From Raillietiella orientalis (lineage: Eukaryota): DNA of 64,000 nt. The notes beneath the pieces are model-generated. The model made no database searches, was not told the DNA's origin, and saw nothing but the letters and a program-made list of their open reading frames with translations. Position numbers and translations under genes: made by a program. Below are positions 60,904-64,000 of this stretch, piece after piece. How positions within the stretch are numbered: position 1 is the first letter of the stretch; each line of letters begins with the position of its first letter. Location of the stretch: positions 1,488,001-1,552,000 of the forward strand of contig JAYWIR010000020.1 in the NCBI GenBank assembly GCA_036172245.1, written 5' to 3'.

Positions 60904-63900
60904 CTGCCGGAAACGGCCGGAGGGGAGAGGACGCGGGCCGCTCGCTTTCCCCGGGTAGCGTCTCCGGTAGGGAGGGCTCGGACGAGGGTCTTCCGCCTGC
61001 GGCGGACGGAGGGGCCTCGGGAAGGAGCGGCTCGCGCCCTCGCAGGGAGATCGGAGGTCACGGTGGGGACCTCGAAGGATGCCGCGCGCCAGTATCCGAT
61101 GGGACGGCGATCCCCGAGAGAGCCCTCCGCCGGAGGCAGCCCGCCCGAAAGAAGACGGCGCCGCGGGGCCGAGAGAAGGCTCCCTGCCCAGGACTTTACA
61201 ATCCGGGTTCCTTTCGTCGCTGCAGTGGGAAAAGGGGAGAGGGAGGAGGGAGCTCCCCCGGGGAGAGCGGGGAGACGGGAATCTCCGGGGCCCTCGAAAG
61301 GTGGCCACGTGGGCGCCGCCAGAGTGCCAGGGTGGAGGAGCAAATCGCAACGCTGGACCGCCGACAGGCCATTGCTGCCCAGGAGGGGGCACAACTGCAG
61401 CGCCCAGGCGTGCCGGCCCGCCCTCGGACGAACTGCTCAGGGAGCGCCGCCCTTGATCCAGGTCGTGAGCAACGCCCTCGCAGCCACGGCCCTCATCAGG
61501 GCGCGAGGTCGGCTCGGAAGCCGCTCTGCTTCGCGAGGCGGACGCATAAAACGGCAGCCCGGGTGAAGGTCTCCCGATCCCTCGGTCCGCTTTCGGGTCG
61601 GCGGCGAACTTCGCATGTACAGGACGACGAGAACCGGGTAGCCGCGTCTTCTCCCGCACGCCCGAACTAGGGAGGGCCCCGTAGGGGTGGCATCTCGCCA
61701 CGCGTCTCCAGACCCTGCCTCCGATTGACCGACCCGACGCGCGCAGGGGGGAGGGAACGAAGACCGCGGGCGGAACCGACCCCACGTGCTCTCACCGACC
61801 TCAAGGTGGCGAAGCCTCGCCTTCCGGACTGGAAAGAACTGCTGTTTCTTCGCGAGAGGAGCCATCCGGAGGTGCCCTCGGGAACCCCTGAGCAGGAAGG
61901 GAACGCGCGCGGAGGGCCAAAAGCGAAGCGAAAGGACGGCACGCATCGTACGCCTGGCCCTCGCACCCAGGACGGCGCGCCTGGAAGGACCTCACCTTTG
62001 AGGGCGACCGCTCCCAAAGTCGCAGTCGCCCTCAAAGAAGGGCAGAAAGTAGCAGGGGGAGGGGGAATGGGCGGACTGCCTACCACTTGCGCGTCCCCCG
62101 CGCGCCGGGTTTTCCCTGTTCGTTCTTGCTTCTGCCCCAACGCCCGCCTCATCGCTGCTCCGACTCGCCAAAGGACGGAAGGGACTTCCCGAGACGAGCG
62201 TTGCCATCTAGGCGGGGAGCGGCCTGGACGGGGAAACTCCTTGCCAACTGAGCGTCGCCATCTCATCGTCATCACTCTTCAGCGAGGATGCGCGGCACCC
62301 ACGGGAGCGCGCGGAATGAGCGAGTGGGGGCTGCGAAGGGGACGTCAGAGAGTGTGCACCCTCCCCGTGTTTGTGACTCAAGAGGGCGGCTCCCGGCTCC
62401 CTGATTGTTTTTTTCTTAGGGGAGAATCCGGGATGCAAGGGAACCCATCTTCAGGCGTCAGCTTCCCTTCTCCCACAGCAAGGGGCGACGTAGGAGGCTG
62501 TGCCACTGACTCCAGGAGGGAGAGATAGGACTGCAAGTCGCCGAGCGAACGGAAGATGGTGCGCGCCAAGCATCTTCGTCCGTACATCGAAGGCCACGAG
62601 CTGCACCGGGAGGGGGAAGAGGGAGCGGCGAGACCGCGACGACGGCCTGCGGCGCCAACCAGCAAGAGAGCCGCCTCGGGCGAAGATAGAGGGAGATCCC
62701 GCGACCCCGTGGCCCCAACCTTGCGGCGGCAAGGGAGCAGGCGCGCACGGGCAGACCATCCGACCTGCCCCTTTTGAGGAGAACGGCCCCTCCCTGCCCT
62801 GTCCTCAACAGCCACCTCCCCCTCCTACTTGCGGCCGACAGGGAATCCGACGTCCAACGTTCACTCACTGCCCGCCGCTTCCCATCCCGACGCCACCCCG
62901 TCGGCCCCAGTTCGGCACCACCAGGAGCGCGAAACGAAGCGTCAGCGGAGGTTGCTTTCCCCTCTCCGCACGCCCGCACGCCTCAGCCTCTAATCTCGTG
63001 CCCAAGATGGATGCCCGGTACCAACTCCGGGGCGTCTCCCCATGCGCTCGAGGATGGCTCATCCATCATGCCAGGCGACGGGCCGCGACAGCCCCCGCGG
63101 AAGGAGCCCCTCCCCAATGAAAGCGCGCGCTCACGGCAGGATGGAAGATCAACTCGAGGCGATCGGGGATCCACCCCGCAGAGTCGCAAAAGTCCCGAGT
63201 CCCCGCACAGCGTTCCAGGTCGGCATGCCAAGCGCCCCTCGTTCTAGGCTGCGCCAGGCTTTGGGTTTCACGGATGAAATTCAAGAAGTCGCCGTGTAGA
63301 AGCTCCCTCCGTTCAGGAGAAAAAACAACCAAAAAAGGGGGGAAAAGAAAACAACGCTTTCGTCTGGCCCCCTGCCCGCTGCAGCAAGACGGACGCCATC
63401 GCGGACGGTGCGCACGACCGCTGGTCATGCACCCCTGCGCAGCAACGATTTCCACGCGGAATCCGATCTCAAGCGCAGGTCCAATCAGCTTCTCCCAAAG
63501 TGCGCGCGCCGGGCGAACGAAGCGCGTCTCGGCGCCGCCGCCAGGAAGCGTCCTCGCGACCTCCGCAAAACGCTGCCCTCCTGGTAGTGCTCCCGGCGCC
63601 GCCGCACTGCGACTTCCTCCCGCCGCCAAGCGAGGTGACCCGCCCCGGGTCGCGGCGAGCGAAGAGGTGCGATTGGTGCGAGCGGCGGCGGTGCGACTGA
63701 CGCAGCCCGCACCGGTGCCTCGACCGACGCGGTTGTCCCGAGGGGGTGACCGGAGAAGATGAAAGCTCAGCCGGCAGTCCGAGAGCGAGAGAGAGAGAGA
63801 GACAGACGGCAGTACGGGTGCGCAAGAGCGCGGCCTAATCGAGCCAGTCCTCGTCGGTATTTCGGGAGTGATCGCTCCGCGCGCGCAATGGTGAACTGGA

Positions 63901-64000
63901 ATTTCGGTCGGTCACGTGGGCCGGGCACCAGGTGGGCCTCAAGTCACGGCTTCTTTACTCCGTGAGCTCGAGCTGCGTTAATCCGGGAGTCACGCGCCAC

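Noticed and set aside
1..64000. CRISPR arrays, operons, rRNA, intact transposase or RT ORFs
   Set aside because: None seen. The sequence is intron-rich eukaryotic DNA and every RT-like segment is broken by stops and frameshifts.

Overview
Eukaryotic (metazoan, probably invertebrate) genomic DNA, not a prokaryotic window. Almost all of it is one large minus-strand spliced gene encoding a tensin-family focal-adhesion protein (C1 - PTEN-like PTP - C2 - long low-complexity linker - SH2 - PTB). I traced 18 coding exons by hand from 60903 to the TGA at 4317-4319. All introns are GT..AG and phases match at every junction, giving about 1,490 codons plus an unresolved 5' end. An AATAAA lies at 3926-3931. 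The large introns and 3' flank hold roughly 14 heavily decayed non-LTR (RTE-like) reverse-transcriptase relics, recognised by eye from ordered degenerate motifs, plus microsatellites and GC/CpG-rich blocks. Notable points: the last C1 zinc-ligand Cys is Arg (CGC), the PTP P-loop lacks its catalytic Cys, several candidate alternative exons exist, and an 18-bp hairpin displays a perfect splice donor in its loop. No CRISPR, rRNA or intact tRNA was seen, and I found no convincing wholly new system. Most long ORFs in the supplied track are GC-rich shadow ORFs.
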